From the NCBI GenBank assembly GCA_965261405.1, contig CBDHDD010000002.1, forward strand, positions 499,395 through 563,394: a stretch of DNA of 64,000 bases, given 5' to 3'. The notes under the pieces are model-generated. The model searched no databases. It was not told where the DNA came from and saw only the letters and a list, made by a program, of their open reading frames with translations. This DNA is from Dehalococcoidia bacterium. GTDB taxonomy: Bacteria > Chloroflexota > Dehalococcoidia > Lucifugimonadales > UBA1127. The position numbers and the translations under genes are program-made. Positions 45,608 to 53,369 of this stretch are shown piece after piece (the stretch's first letter is position 1; the number at the start of each line of letters is the position of its first letter).

Positions 45608-46816
45608 CTAGCCAAGCGGGTCGTCTATGAGATGGCCCAGCTTGACGCGCTTGGTCTCAAGGTAATCGCGGTTCTGCGGCGTAGACGGCGCCATGATCGG
45701 GACCCGGTCCACCAGGTCCAGCCCGTACGCGTCCAACCCGACGACCTTTTTGGGGTTGTTGGTGAGCAGTCGCAGCCGCCGAACGCCCAGGTCCGCCAGG
45801 ATCTGCGCGCCGATGCCGTACCAGCGCAGGTCCGGCGCGAAGCCCAGCTCGACGTTGGCCTCCACCGTGTCCATGCCGTTGTCCTGCAGCGCATAGGCCC
45901 GAATCTTGTTGTGCAAGCCTATGCCGCGGCCCTCTTGCCGCATGTACAGGAAGACCCCGCTGCCCTCCTCTGCGATTGCCTCCAGCGCTATGCGCATCTG
46001 TTCGCCGCAATCACAGCGCAGGCTGCCGAAGATGTCGCCCGTCGTGCATTGGCTGTGTACCCGCACCAGCGCCGGGGCATCGGGCGAGATGTCGCCCATG
46101 ACCAGCGCCAGGTGTTCGTCCGGGTCCACCATGCTCTTGTACGCCACGACGGTGAAGTCGCCGTATCGCGTGGGGAGCTTTGCGTCGGCGACGCGCTCCA
46201 CCAGCCGCTCGTGCTTGCGCCGGTACGCGATGAGGTCCTCTATGGTCACGATGTGCAGCCCGTGCTCTTCCGCGAACTGCTCCAGGTACGGCATGCGGGC
46301 CATCGTACCGTCCTGCGCCATGATCTCGCACAGCACCCCCGCGGGGTAGAAGCCCGCCAGCCGCGCCAGGTCGACGATGGCCTCCGTGTGGCCCGCGCGC
46401 ACCAGTACGCCGCCGTTGGTGTACCGAAGCGGAAAGAGGTGCCCCGGTCGGGCGAGGTCCTCCGGCTTGGTGCTCGGGTTCAGCATGGCCTTCACCGTAG
46501 CCGCCCGGTCGAAGGCCGATATGCCGGTCGTCGCGCCTTCCTTGACGTCGACGGGGACCGTGAACGGGGTGCCATGGCGCGCCGTGTTCTCCGTCACCAT
46601 CTGCGGCAGACGAAGCTCGTCAAGGCGTCCGCCCGGCAATGGCATGCACACCAGGCCGCCGGCGTGCTTCGCCATGAAGTTAATGTGCTCCGGCGTGACC
46701 GCTTCCGCCGCGACCATCAGGTCGCCCTCGTTCTCCCGGTCGGCGTCGTCCACGACGATGAGCGCCTTGCCCAACTTCAGGTCTGCAACGCCCTCTTCTA
46801 TCGTGCTGATTGCCAT
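45608..46816 (-). CDS. ribBA: Bifunctional DHBP synthase / GTP cyclohydrolase II
   Basis: 'VVDDADRENEGDL', 'GHTEA', 'VRVHSQCTTGD', 'RCDCG', 'EGRGIGL'. Confidence 0.9.
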   Translation of the reverse strand: MAISTIEEGVADLKLGKALIVVDDADRENEGDLMVAAEAVTPEHINFMAKHAGGLVCMPLPGGRLDELRLPQMVTENTARHGTPFTVPVDVKEGATTGISAFDRAATVKAMLNPSTKPEDLARPGHLFPLRYTNGGVLVRAGHTEAIVDLARLAGFYPAGVLCEIMAQDGTMARMPYLEQFAEEHGLHIVTIEDLIAYRRKHERLVERVADAKLPTRYGDFTVVAYKSMVDPDEHLALVMGDISPDAPALVRVHSQCTTGDIFGSLRCDCGEQMRIALEAIAEEGSGVFLYMRQEGRGIGLHNKIRAYALQDNGMDTVEANVELGFAPDLRWYGIGAQILADLGVRRLRLLTNNPKKVVGLDAYGLDLVDRVPIMAPSTPQNRDYLETKRVKLGHLIDDPLG

Positions 46817-46856
46817 GGCCTTCTCCCTCGGACTGCTCTTTCGGAGCAGCCCGCTG

Positions 46857-47456
46857 CTACCCGGTGGGGGTCTGGGCCGCCCCTTCCGATAGGAGCCGCT
46901 CCGTGTATTTCGCCAGGATGTCCGCCTCCAGGTTCACGCGGTCCCCCGGCTTTCGCCCCCCAAGCGTGGTGTGCTCGTCTGTATATGGTATCACTGCAAT
47001 CGTAAACTGGCTGTCCGTCAGGGCCGCGACGGTCAGACTGATGCCGTCCACCGCCACAAATCCCTTCTCGACAACGTACCGCATCGTCTCCCTTGGCGCC
47101 ACAATCGTCAGCAGCCGGCTGTTCCCTTCCGGCGTGACCTCGGCGACGACCCCCACCGCGTCGACATGCCCCTGCACGAGGTGCCCGCCCACCTTGCCGC
47201 CGTACGCCAGCGACGGCTCGAGGTTCACCGCCGACCCCGCCTGCAGGTCACCGAGGTTCGTGCGGCGCAGCGTCTCCGGTGTGACGTCAACGGCGAAGCG
47301 GCCCTCGCTCATGGTCGTGATGGTCAGGCACGCGCCGTTGACCGCGATGCTGTCGCCGATCTGCGCGCCCTCCAGCGCCAGCCATCCTTCAATGACCAGC
47401 GACTCCTGGCTGACGTCCAGCACCTTACCCTTTTCGACCACGATGCCCGTGAACAC
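46857..47456 (-). CDS. ribE: Riboflavin synthase (alpha chain)
   Basis: The GTG start gives 'VFTGIVVEKGKV'. 'GDSIAVNGACLT' and 'GDRVNLE'. The start is 2 nt after the ribD stop. Confidence 0.9.
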   Translation of the reverse strand: MFTGIVVEKGKVLDVSQESLVIEGWLALEGAQIGDSIAVNGACLTITTMSEGRFAVDVTPETLRRTNLGDLQAGSAVNLEPSLAYGGKVGGHLVQGHVDAVGVVAEVTPEGNSRLLTIVAPRETMRYVVEKGFVAVDGISLTVAALTDSQFTIAVIPYTDEHTTLGGRKPGDRVNLEADILAKYTERLLSEGAAQTPTG

Positions 47457-47458
47457 AG

Positions 47459-48568
47459 TTACTCTACTCCTCCGCGGCTGGTGGGCGTGTATCCCACAAT
47501 GTGCACGTCCTCGCCGAGTCGGCCGACGCTGACGCGGCTTAACCGCAGCGCGTCTCCGATTCGCGCGAACCCCTCGCCCTCCACCGGTGTGCGCGCGCTC
47601 TCCCCCCCGATGATCATCGGCGCAACGATAGCCTCGACCTTGCTCACCAGCCCGTCCCGGAAAAGTGAGGCCAACAGCACGCCGCCGCCTTCCACCAACA
47701 CCATGTTGACGCCGCGCTCCATCAGGCGGCACATGAGCCCATGCAGGTCCACGCGGCCGTCCGTGCCCGGCAGGCTCACGACGTCGGCCCCTACGCCGCG
47801 GTACGACGCCTCCGTCTCCCCGTCGACGCCCGCCGTCGCGACAAGCGCCTTGCCCGGCCCATGAAAGATCTGTGCGTCGACGGGCGTCCGTCCCGTGCTG
47901 TCCACCACCACCCGCAACGGCTGCCGCTCCAGCGTTGCGCCGTCGGCGTCGCGCGCCGTCAGCTGCGGGTTGTCGATGACCACCGTGCCCGCCCCGGCGA
48001 TGATGGCGTCACACGTGCGACGCAGCTCGTGGGCGCGACGCCGGCCCGTTTCGCCCGACACCCATCGCGACTCCCCCGTCGACGTGGCGATCTTGCCGTC
48101 CAGGCTCATCGCGAACTTGGCAACCGCAAAGGGCATGCCGGTGCGTGTGCGGTGCAGGTAGCCCTCCAGCCCCTCGGCCGCGTCCTCGGCGCACATCCCC
48201 GTCGTGACGCGAACACCCGCCGCCCGAAGCTCCCCTGCGCCTTTCCCGTTCACTCGTTCGTCCGGGTCCAGCACCGCCGTGCACACCTCCGCGATGCCCG
48301 CCTCCTGCAGCGCCTGTGTACACGGCGGTGTTCTGCCGAAGTGGCAGCACGGCTCCAGCGTCGTGTAGATCGTCGCCCCTCGCGCCGCCTCGCCCGCCTG
48401 CCGCAGCGCGATGATCTCAGCGTGCGGCCCGCCAACCGGCTGCGTCCAGCCCTCGCCGACAACCCGCCCGTCCTTGACGATCACCGCTCCCACGGAGGGG
48501 TTCGGGCTGGCGAGGCCCAAGGTGTTGCCCGCGAGCATAATGGCTCGTTGCATGTACTCTGTGCTCAT
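47459..48568 (-). CDS. ribD: Bifunctional riboflavin-biosynthesis deaminase/reductase
   Basis: 'HAEIIAL', 'TLEPCCHFGRTPPC', and a C-terminal reductase domain. Confidence 0.9.
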   Translation of the reverse strand: MSTEYMQRAIMLAGNTLGLASPNPSVGAVIVKDGRVVGEGWTQPVGGPHAEIIALRQAGEAARGATIYTTLEPCCHFGRTPPCTQALQEAGIAEVCTAVLDPDERVNGKGAGELRAAGVRVTTGMCAEDAAEGLEGYLHRTRTGMPFAVAKFAMSLDGKIATSTGESRWVSGETGRRRAHELRRTCDAIIAGAGTVVIDNPQLTARDADGATLERQPLRVVVDSTGRTPVDAQIFHGPGKALVATAGVDGETEASYRGVGADVVSLPGTDGRVDLHGLMCRLMERGVNMVLVEGGGVLLASLFRDGLVSKVEAIVAPMIIGGESARTPVEGEGFARIGDALRLSRVSVGRLGEDVHIVGYTPTSRGGVE

Positions 48569-49383
48569 GCCTCATCCGGCAACAGCAGACGTGCTGAATA
48601 CACTGACAGTCCCGTGACCCGGTGCAGGGCGGCCCACTGCCTCGTCGATGGCCTGGCACGGCCGTAGACCCACTCCTCAACGGTCCGCTGATTGACCCCA
48701 AGGGCCGCGGCAAACCCGGCGACGTTGCCCTCGTACTCGCTGGCGTGGAACCACGCCCGCAGCTCGGGGTTGGCGTCGTGGCCGCGTTGGCGCTGTGCGT
48801 GACCCGAAGCCCCTTCCTGCGACGTGTAGTTCTGGTAAAAGCGGCTGGGCACGGGCTCCATCTGCCCTTGGTACTTGCTGTTCAACCCTGCTGAGCCGTA
48901 CGGGCGCTCCGCGGGGCTGCTCAGCCACACGAAGGAGAGCTGTGAACTCTTCATGCCCAGGTAGAGGTTGATGGGAATGCTGGAGAGATTGCTGAGTTCC
49001 AGGGTGAGCTTCCCGCGCCAACCGGGGTCCACAAACCCCGCTGTGGAGTGCACCACCAGCCCCAGCCGGCCCAGCGAGCTCTTGCCGTCCAGCCGACCGA
49101 CGATGTCGTCCGGGATCTCTATGTTCTCCGCCGTGATGCCGAGCGCAAACTCGCCAGGCTGCAGGGGGTACGGCACGCTCTCGTCCAGCTCGACTTTCCG
49201 CCACTGCATATCCGATTGCTGCCGCGGATCGATGAGCGCGAGCTTCGCGGTTTCCTCCACCAACAGCGGCGTGCCGAGGCGCAGGTCGACGCTTGCGGGC
49301 TGCACTGCGTCGTCGTCATACGGGTCAACAACGATGCGCCCCTGCGCGATCTGTCGCCGGATGTCTCTGTCGCTCAGGACCAT
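48565..49383 (-). CDS. dcd: dCTP deaminase with a ~85-aa C-terminal HTH-like extension
   Basis: 'MVLSDRDIRRQI...VQPASVDLRLG...GFVDPGWRG.LTLE...KYQGQ' is the Dcd core. The extra tail is 'NVAGFAAALGVNQRTVEEWVYGRARPSTRQWAAL'. The stop overlaps the ribD start (ATGA). Confidence 0.8.
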   Translation of the reverse strand: MVLSDRDIRRQIAQGRIVVDPYDDDAVQPASVDLRLGTPLLVEETAKLALIDPRQQSDMQWRKVELDESVPYPLQPGEFALGITAENIEIPDDIVGRLDGKSSLGRLGLVVHSTAGFVDPGWRGKLTLELSNLSSIPINLYLGMKSSQLSFVWLSSPAERPYGSAGLNSKYQGQMEPVPSRFYQNYTSQEGASGHAQRQRGHDANPELRAWFHASEYEGNVAGFAAALGVNQRTVEEWVYGRARPSTRQWAALHRVTGLSVYSARLLLPDEA

Positions 49384-49518
49384 TGCACCAAACCTGTGCC
49401 GAATAGCGGCGGTGATGCTCCATCATACCACGCGCCGATGCGCGGGCGTGCCGCCTGGCCACCGTACCCTGACACGGGGCCGTTGCCCCTACCTGCCGCC
49501 CCCCGCTAACCTCGCTCC

Positions 49519-49938
49519 ATGAAGAAGAAGATGAAGAAGTACACTCAACAGGAATGGGCCGACATGGCAGCAGATCTTGCGAGCTCCATGGGCTTTGGGG
49601 ACTTGGTGGAACACGACGATTTTCTGACCGATCCCGAAGAGGACGCACGCAAGCCCCCCATTACCGTGAAGAAGCCGGGCGCCCCCAAAGGCAACCAGAA
49701 CGCCCGCAAGCACGGCCTCTACTCAAAGATTGCTCCGGCACGGCGGCGCGGCGACATGGATAAGGCCTTGGATATGGAATCCCTCACCCAGGAGGCCGCC
49801 ATGTTGCGTCTCCTGTTGGCCAAACTCATGGAAAACCCCGACGAGAACCTCAAGGAAATATTGCAGATCCTCAGGGTCCTCACCCCCATCGTCAAGCTCA
49901 ACCTAATGGTCGAGGATGATGACGATAGCCGGTGGTAG
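49519..49938 (+). CDS. Hypothetical protein (139 aa)
   Basis: 'GAPKGNQNARKHGLYS' is a motif I have seen in small uncharacterised or phage-associated proteins. No firm family. Confidence 0.45.
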   Translation: MKKKMKKYTQQEWADMAADLASSMGFGDLVEHDDFLTDPEEDARKPPITVKKPGAPKGNQNARKHGLYSKIAPARRRGDMDKALDMESLTQEAAMLRLLLAKLMENPDENLKEILQILRVLTPIVKLNLMVEDDDDSRW

Positions 49939-49992
49939 GCGAGGTGGGCCAAACGTGGAACAATTCAATGCGTATCTGGGCCTGCTCCCCAC

Positions 49993-50086
49993 AGCTACGC
50001 ATTGTTTCCGAAACAATCGCCCGCCAGCTACGGATTGTTTCACAAACAATTCCTATCTGCTGGCTACGGATTGTTTCGCAAACAAT
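49993..50086. repeat. Three tandem ~25-bp units, each containing ATTGTTT-N3-AAACAAT
   Basis: agctacgcATTGTTTccgAAACAAT (49993-50017), agctacggATTGTTTcacAAACAAT (50026-50050), gctacggATTGTTTcgcAAACAAT (50063-50086). Confidence 0.85.
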
Positions 50087-50239
50087 CTTCAAGCCTTAAG
50101 TACAAGGATGGAATTGTCTCCGAATCAATCCTTGCCCGTCTGTGGAGGGCTCGAAGGGCAGGGCGAAATGGAACGCGCCCCAACCCGTTCGCCCGAAGTG
50201 AGCGAGTGGGTTGGGGCGCGTGTTCTCCCTAAGTTCCCG

Positions 50240-51211
50240 CTACGACCAGTAGGCGAAGGCCATGGCGCAGCCCGTGCCCGCCGGCGACCGGTAGCACGGC
50301 GCGTAGTCGATCAGGTGGAAGTCCATGTGCTCCGTCGCCCCCGACGTCGTGATCCAGTTCCGTATCTCCGACGACCCCGAGTTGAGGTGCTCGCGCGGCA
50401 GCCCGAACAGCCCCTCGGTGTCCCGGGTCTCCAGGCCCTTGATGACGCTCTGGTCCAACTCCTCGTTGATGACGAAGTGGCTCAGCCCGCCGGACGCGAT
50501 GACCGCCACCCGGGCGTCCGAGTCCCAGTCCTCAACCGCGTTGCGGATAGCCTGCCCCAGGTTGTAGGAGCGCTTGGGCGTCGGCTGGTTCGGCGGGAAG
50601 TAGGTGTTCAGCATCACCGGCACCATGGGGATCAGCTTGTCCTGCATGATGCGCGTGTAGACGAAGCTGAAGGCGTGCCCCATGCCCTGTCCCTTGCGGA
50701 AGTACCGCGAGCGCGCCACGTCAAACTCCTGCTCGATCAGCGAGCCCAGCATGTGGCTGGCCAGGTCCTTCGCGATGGGGTACTCCTTCTCCTCCAACCC
50801 GTAGGCCCACGCGGCGCGGCGAAGGGGCGCTTGCAAGCTGTCCGGGATGTTCGAGATGGTGTCGCCCCAGTAGACGGCCATGGCCGGGAAGTTGTCTTCC
50901 TGGAAGACCTCCTCCTGGTCGTCGCCAACGACGATGACCGCGTCGACGTTGGCCTCCGCCAGCTTGCGGCTCACCGTCGCGAGCCCGTTCTGGCAGATGT
51001 CATACCGCTTCTGCCACAGCTCCGGGTCGAGCTGCTTCTCGATGGACGCGTCCGCCATGTCGAGAACTTCCTCGTACGTGTGATGGATGCCGTCCAGGCC
51101 GTAGAGGTGTGGGTTGCGCTTGTCGTTCTCGGCGTGGAGCGACCAGGTCTCCGGCGTAAGGCTCAACTGTGGGCTGTGGGACGTCCCAAGCCCGAGGACA
51201 ATCTCTGCCAT
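50240..51211 (-). CDS. Class III (LigB-type) extradiol ring-cleavage dioxygenase
   Basis: 'MAEIVLGLGTSHSPQL', 'VVGDDQEE', 'SGGLSHF'. Confidence 0.75.
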   Translation of the reverse strand: MAEIVLGLGTSHSPQLSLTPETWSLHAENDKRNPHLYGLDGIHHTYEEVLDMADASIEKQLDPELWQKRYDICQNGLATVSRKLAEANVDAVIVVGDDQEEVFQEDNFPAMAVYWGDTISNIPDSLQAPLRRAAWAYGLEEKEYPIAKDLASHMLGSLIEQEFDVARSRYFRKGQGMGHAFSFVYTRIMQDKLIPMVPVMLNTYFPPNQPTPKRSYNLGQAIRNAVEDWDSDARVAVIASGGLSHFVINEELDQSVIKGLETRDTEGLFGLPREHLNSGSSEIRNWITTSGATEHMDFHLIDYAPCYRSPAGTGCAMAFAYWS

Positions 51212-51356
51212 AACGTGTCTCCTTTGTGCGATATACCCGGCCGCAGCAATGCCAGGGCCACAGGGCGTTCCGTGCCCCGATTATACACGAATGGTCTCTC
51301 GACAGGCCTGCGCCAATACGCCATCCGCTCGCCTCGCTCCGAGCCTGTCGAAACAC

Positions 51357-51381
51357 GTAGGGGCAACCCTCGTGGTTGCCC
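51357..51381. repeat. GC-rich hairpin repeat (REP-like), copy 3
   Basis: gtaggggcaaccctcgtggttgccc, identical to copies 1 and 2. Confidence 0.85.
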
Positions 51382-51394
51382 ACCCCCGCTCCCC

Positions 51395-52642
51395 CTACTC
51401 GTGCCGCAGCGCCTCGATGGGGTGCAGCCGCGCCGCCTGCATCGCCGGGTAGATGCCGAAGAAGAGGCCGATGCCGCCCGAGACCGCCGTCGCGATGATG
51501 GCGATGTCGCTGCTGAAGACCATATTGAGCGCCGTCCCGCCCAGCTCCACGTCGTCGAAGTAGTAGGTGAAGCCGTAACCCAGCGCCACGCCGATGATGC
51601 CGCCCGTCAGGCTCAGCAGGATGGCCTCGACAAGGAACTGCGAGAGGATGTCGCGGCGCTTCGCCCCCATCGCCTTCCGTATGCCGATCTCCCGCGTTCG
51701 CTCCGTCACGGACACCAGCATGATGTTCATGATGCCGATGCCGCCCACCAGCAACGCGATGCTGGCAATCGCCCCAAGGAAGATGACAAAGGTCTGCGTG
51801 GTCTCCTCCAGCGTCTCGATCGTATCCACCAGGCTGGTTACCGAGAAGTCGTCCTCGTCGGTGATGCGGTGGCGCAGGCGCAGGATGTTGCTGATCTGCT
51901 CCGTCGCCGCGTCGTTGACTTCCTCGTTCGCAATCTGCACGTTGATGCGCTGAACAGTGATCTCTCCGCCCGCGGTGCGTTGCGCCCCCAGGCGGTAGTA
52001 CGCCGTGGTGATGGGCACGAAGACCCGGTCGTCCAGCGAGCCGATGCTGGTGCCGCCTTTGCTCTTCAGCACTCCGACAACCTCGAACGGCCGGCCGTCG
52101 ATCCGGATGGTGTGCCCAACTGGGTTCCGAAGTCCAAAGAGCTCCTCCGCCGTTTCCGAGGCCAGCAGCGCCACCTGCGCGCGTCGGCCAAGGTCCGCCT
52201 CATCGATGGCTCTCCCGTCCTCCAGCTCGTAGACGCGCACGTCCAGGTAGGAGGGAGTAACGCCCACCACCTGCGTGTTCGTGTTCTCCCGCTCGAACAC
52301 TACCTGCGTCCGGGTGGTGATCTCCGGCGCCACGTCCACCACGTGGGACGCGAGCACCGGGTCCATCAGCGCCTCCGAGTCCTCCAGCGTCAGGCTCGCC
52401 GCGCTACCAAGCGCCCCCGCAAACCCGAATTGGCTGAACGAGGCCCCCGGCTGCACGAAGAGGAGGTTTGTGCCGAGCGACTGGATCCGCGTCGTGATCG
52501 ATTCCTGCGCGCCGTTCCCGATCGCCGTCAACGAAATGACCGCCGTCACGCCGATGATGATGCCGAGCAGCGTCAGCCCTGATCGCAGCTTGTTGGAGTT
52601 CAGCGCGTCCAGCGCCGTCAGAAATGTCGTTAGTGGTGTCAT
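51395..52642 (-). CDS. ABC transporter permease (MacB/FtsX family)
   Basis: An N-terminal TM helix, a large periplasmic domain, and a C-terminal FtsX-like 'ERTREIGIRKAMGA'. Confidence 0.85.
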   Translation of the reverse strand: MTPLTTFLTALDALNSNKLRSGLTLLGIIIGVTAVISLTAIGNGAQESITTRIQSLGTNLLFVQPGASFSQFGFAGALGSAASLTLEDSEALMDPVLASHVVDVAPEITTRTQVVFERENTNTQVVGVTPSYLDVRVYELEDGRAIDEADLGRRAQVALLASETAEELFGLRNPVGHTIRIDGRPFEVVGVLKSKGGTSIGSLDDRVFVPITTAYYRLGAQRTAGGEITVQRINVQIANEEVNDAATEQISNILRLRHRITDEDDFSVTSLVDTIETLEETTQTFVIFLGAIASIALLVGGIGIMNIMLVSVTERTREIGIRKAMGAKRRDILSQFLVEAILLSLTGGIIGVALGYGFTYYFDDVELGGTALNMVFSSDIAIIATAVSGGIGLFFGIYPAMQAARLHPIEALRHE

Positions 52643-53358
52643 GCGTGTTGGCCCGCCAGCAAGGGTTGCGCCACCGGCGCGTCGTCCACGACAAGCCCGT
52701 CCCGGAATGAGACGATGCGGTTGGTGTGCTGCGCGATGTCCATCTCGTGCGTGACCAGCACGATCGTAAGCCCCTCGTTGCGGTTGAGCCCCTGGATCAC
52801 GGCCATGATTTCGTCGCTCGACCGCGTGTCCAGGTTCCCCGTCGGCTCGTCCGCCAGCAGGATGGCGGGCTCCTTCACTAGGGCCCGCGCGATGCCGACG
52901 CGCTGCTGCTCGCCGCCTGAGAGCTCCGTTGGCATGTGCCTAGCTCGGTGTGCGAGCCCCACCCGGTCGAGCGCCTCCAACGCCCGGGCGCGTCGGTTGT
53001 GTCCGTTGCCGTACATGAGAGGCATCTCCACGTTGGCCAACGCCGTCGCCCTCGGCAGCAGGTTGTACGTCTGAAAGACAAACCCTATCTTGCCCTGCCG
53101 GATCCCGGCTAGCTCATTGTCGTTCATCTCGCGGACGTCCTCTCCTTCGAGGAAGTAGCGCCCGATGCTGGGCACGTCCAGGCAGCCGATGATGTTCATC
53201 ATGGTCGACTTGCCGGAACCCGAGGGCCCCATGACGGCCAGCATTTCGCCGCGCTCGACGGTGAGGTTCACGCCCCGCAGGGCCTCCACCCGTACGCGCC
53301 CCATCTGGTACGTCTTCGTGACGTTCTGAATAGCGATGACCGGCATTGCATGCTGCAT
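52639..53358 (-). CDS. ABC transporter ATP-binding protein (MacB/LolD-like)
   Basis: 'GPSGSGKST', 'LSGGEQQRVGIARAL', 'LLADEPTGNLD'. Confidence 0.9.
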   Translation of the reverse strand: MQHAMPVIAIQNVTKTYQMGRVRVEALRGVNLTVERGEMLAVMGPSGSGKSTMMNIIGCLDVPSIGRYFLEGEDVREMNDNELAGIRQGKIGFVFQTYNLLPRATALANVEMPLMYGNGHNRRARALEALDRVGLAHRARHMPTELSGGEQQRVGIARALVKEPAILLADEPTGNLDTRSSDEIMAVIQGLNRNEGLTIVLVTHEMDIAQHTNRIVSFRDGLVVDDAPVAQPLLAGQHA

Positions 53359-53369
53359 GTCAGCGGCCC

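Noticed and set aside
45026-47005. 659-aa ORF on the + strand opposite ribH/ribBA.
   Set aside because: It runs antisense to genes with unmistakable riboflavin-pathway motifs. It is Arg/His/Ala-rich with no motif. This is the typical mirror-frame artefact of high-GC DNA.
49384-49518. Looked for an FMN (RFN) riboswitch upstream of the dcd-rib operon.
   Set aside because: None of the conserved RFN segments is present on the minus strand (for example the paired GGGxxG...ACCGGCGGU and CCGACxGU...GUCCGGAUG blocks, as I recall them). Only a TGgTATGAT -10-like box is visible.
49993-50086. Considered whether the tandem palindromic repeats are a mini-CRISPR array.
   Set aside because: There are only three units, separated by 8-12 nt rather than by spacers of repeat-like length. 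No cas genes are present. The repeat core is AT-rich and operator-like.
49916-52582. 888-aa ORF on the + strand.
   Set aside because: It runs antisense to the LigB dioxygenase and the ABC permease. It crosses intergenic repeats, has low complexity (R/V/D/H runs) and no recognisable domain.
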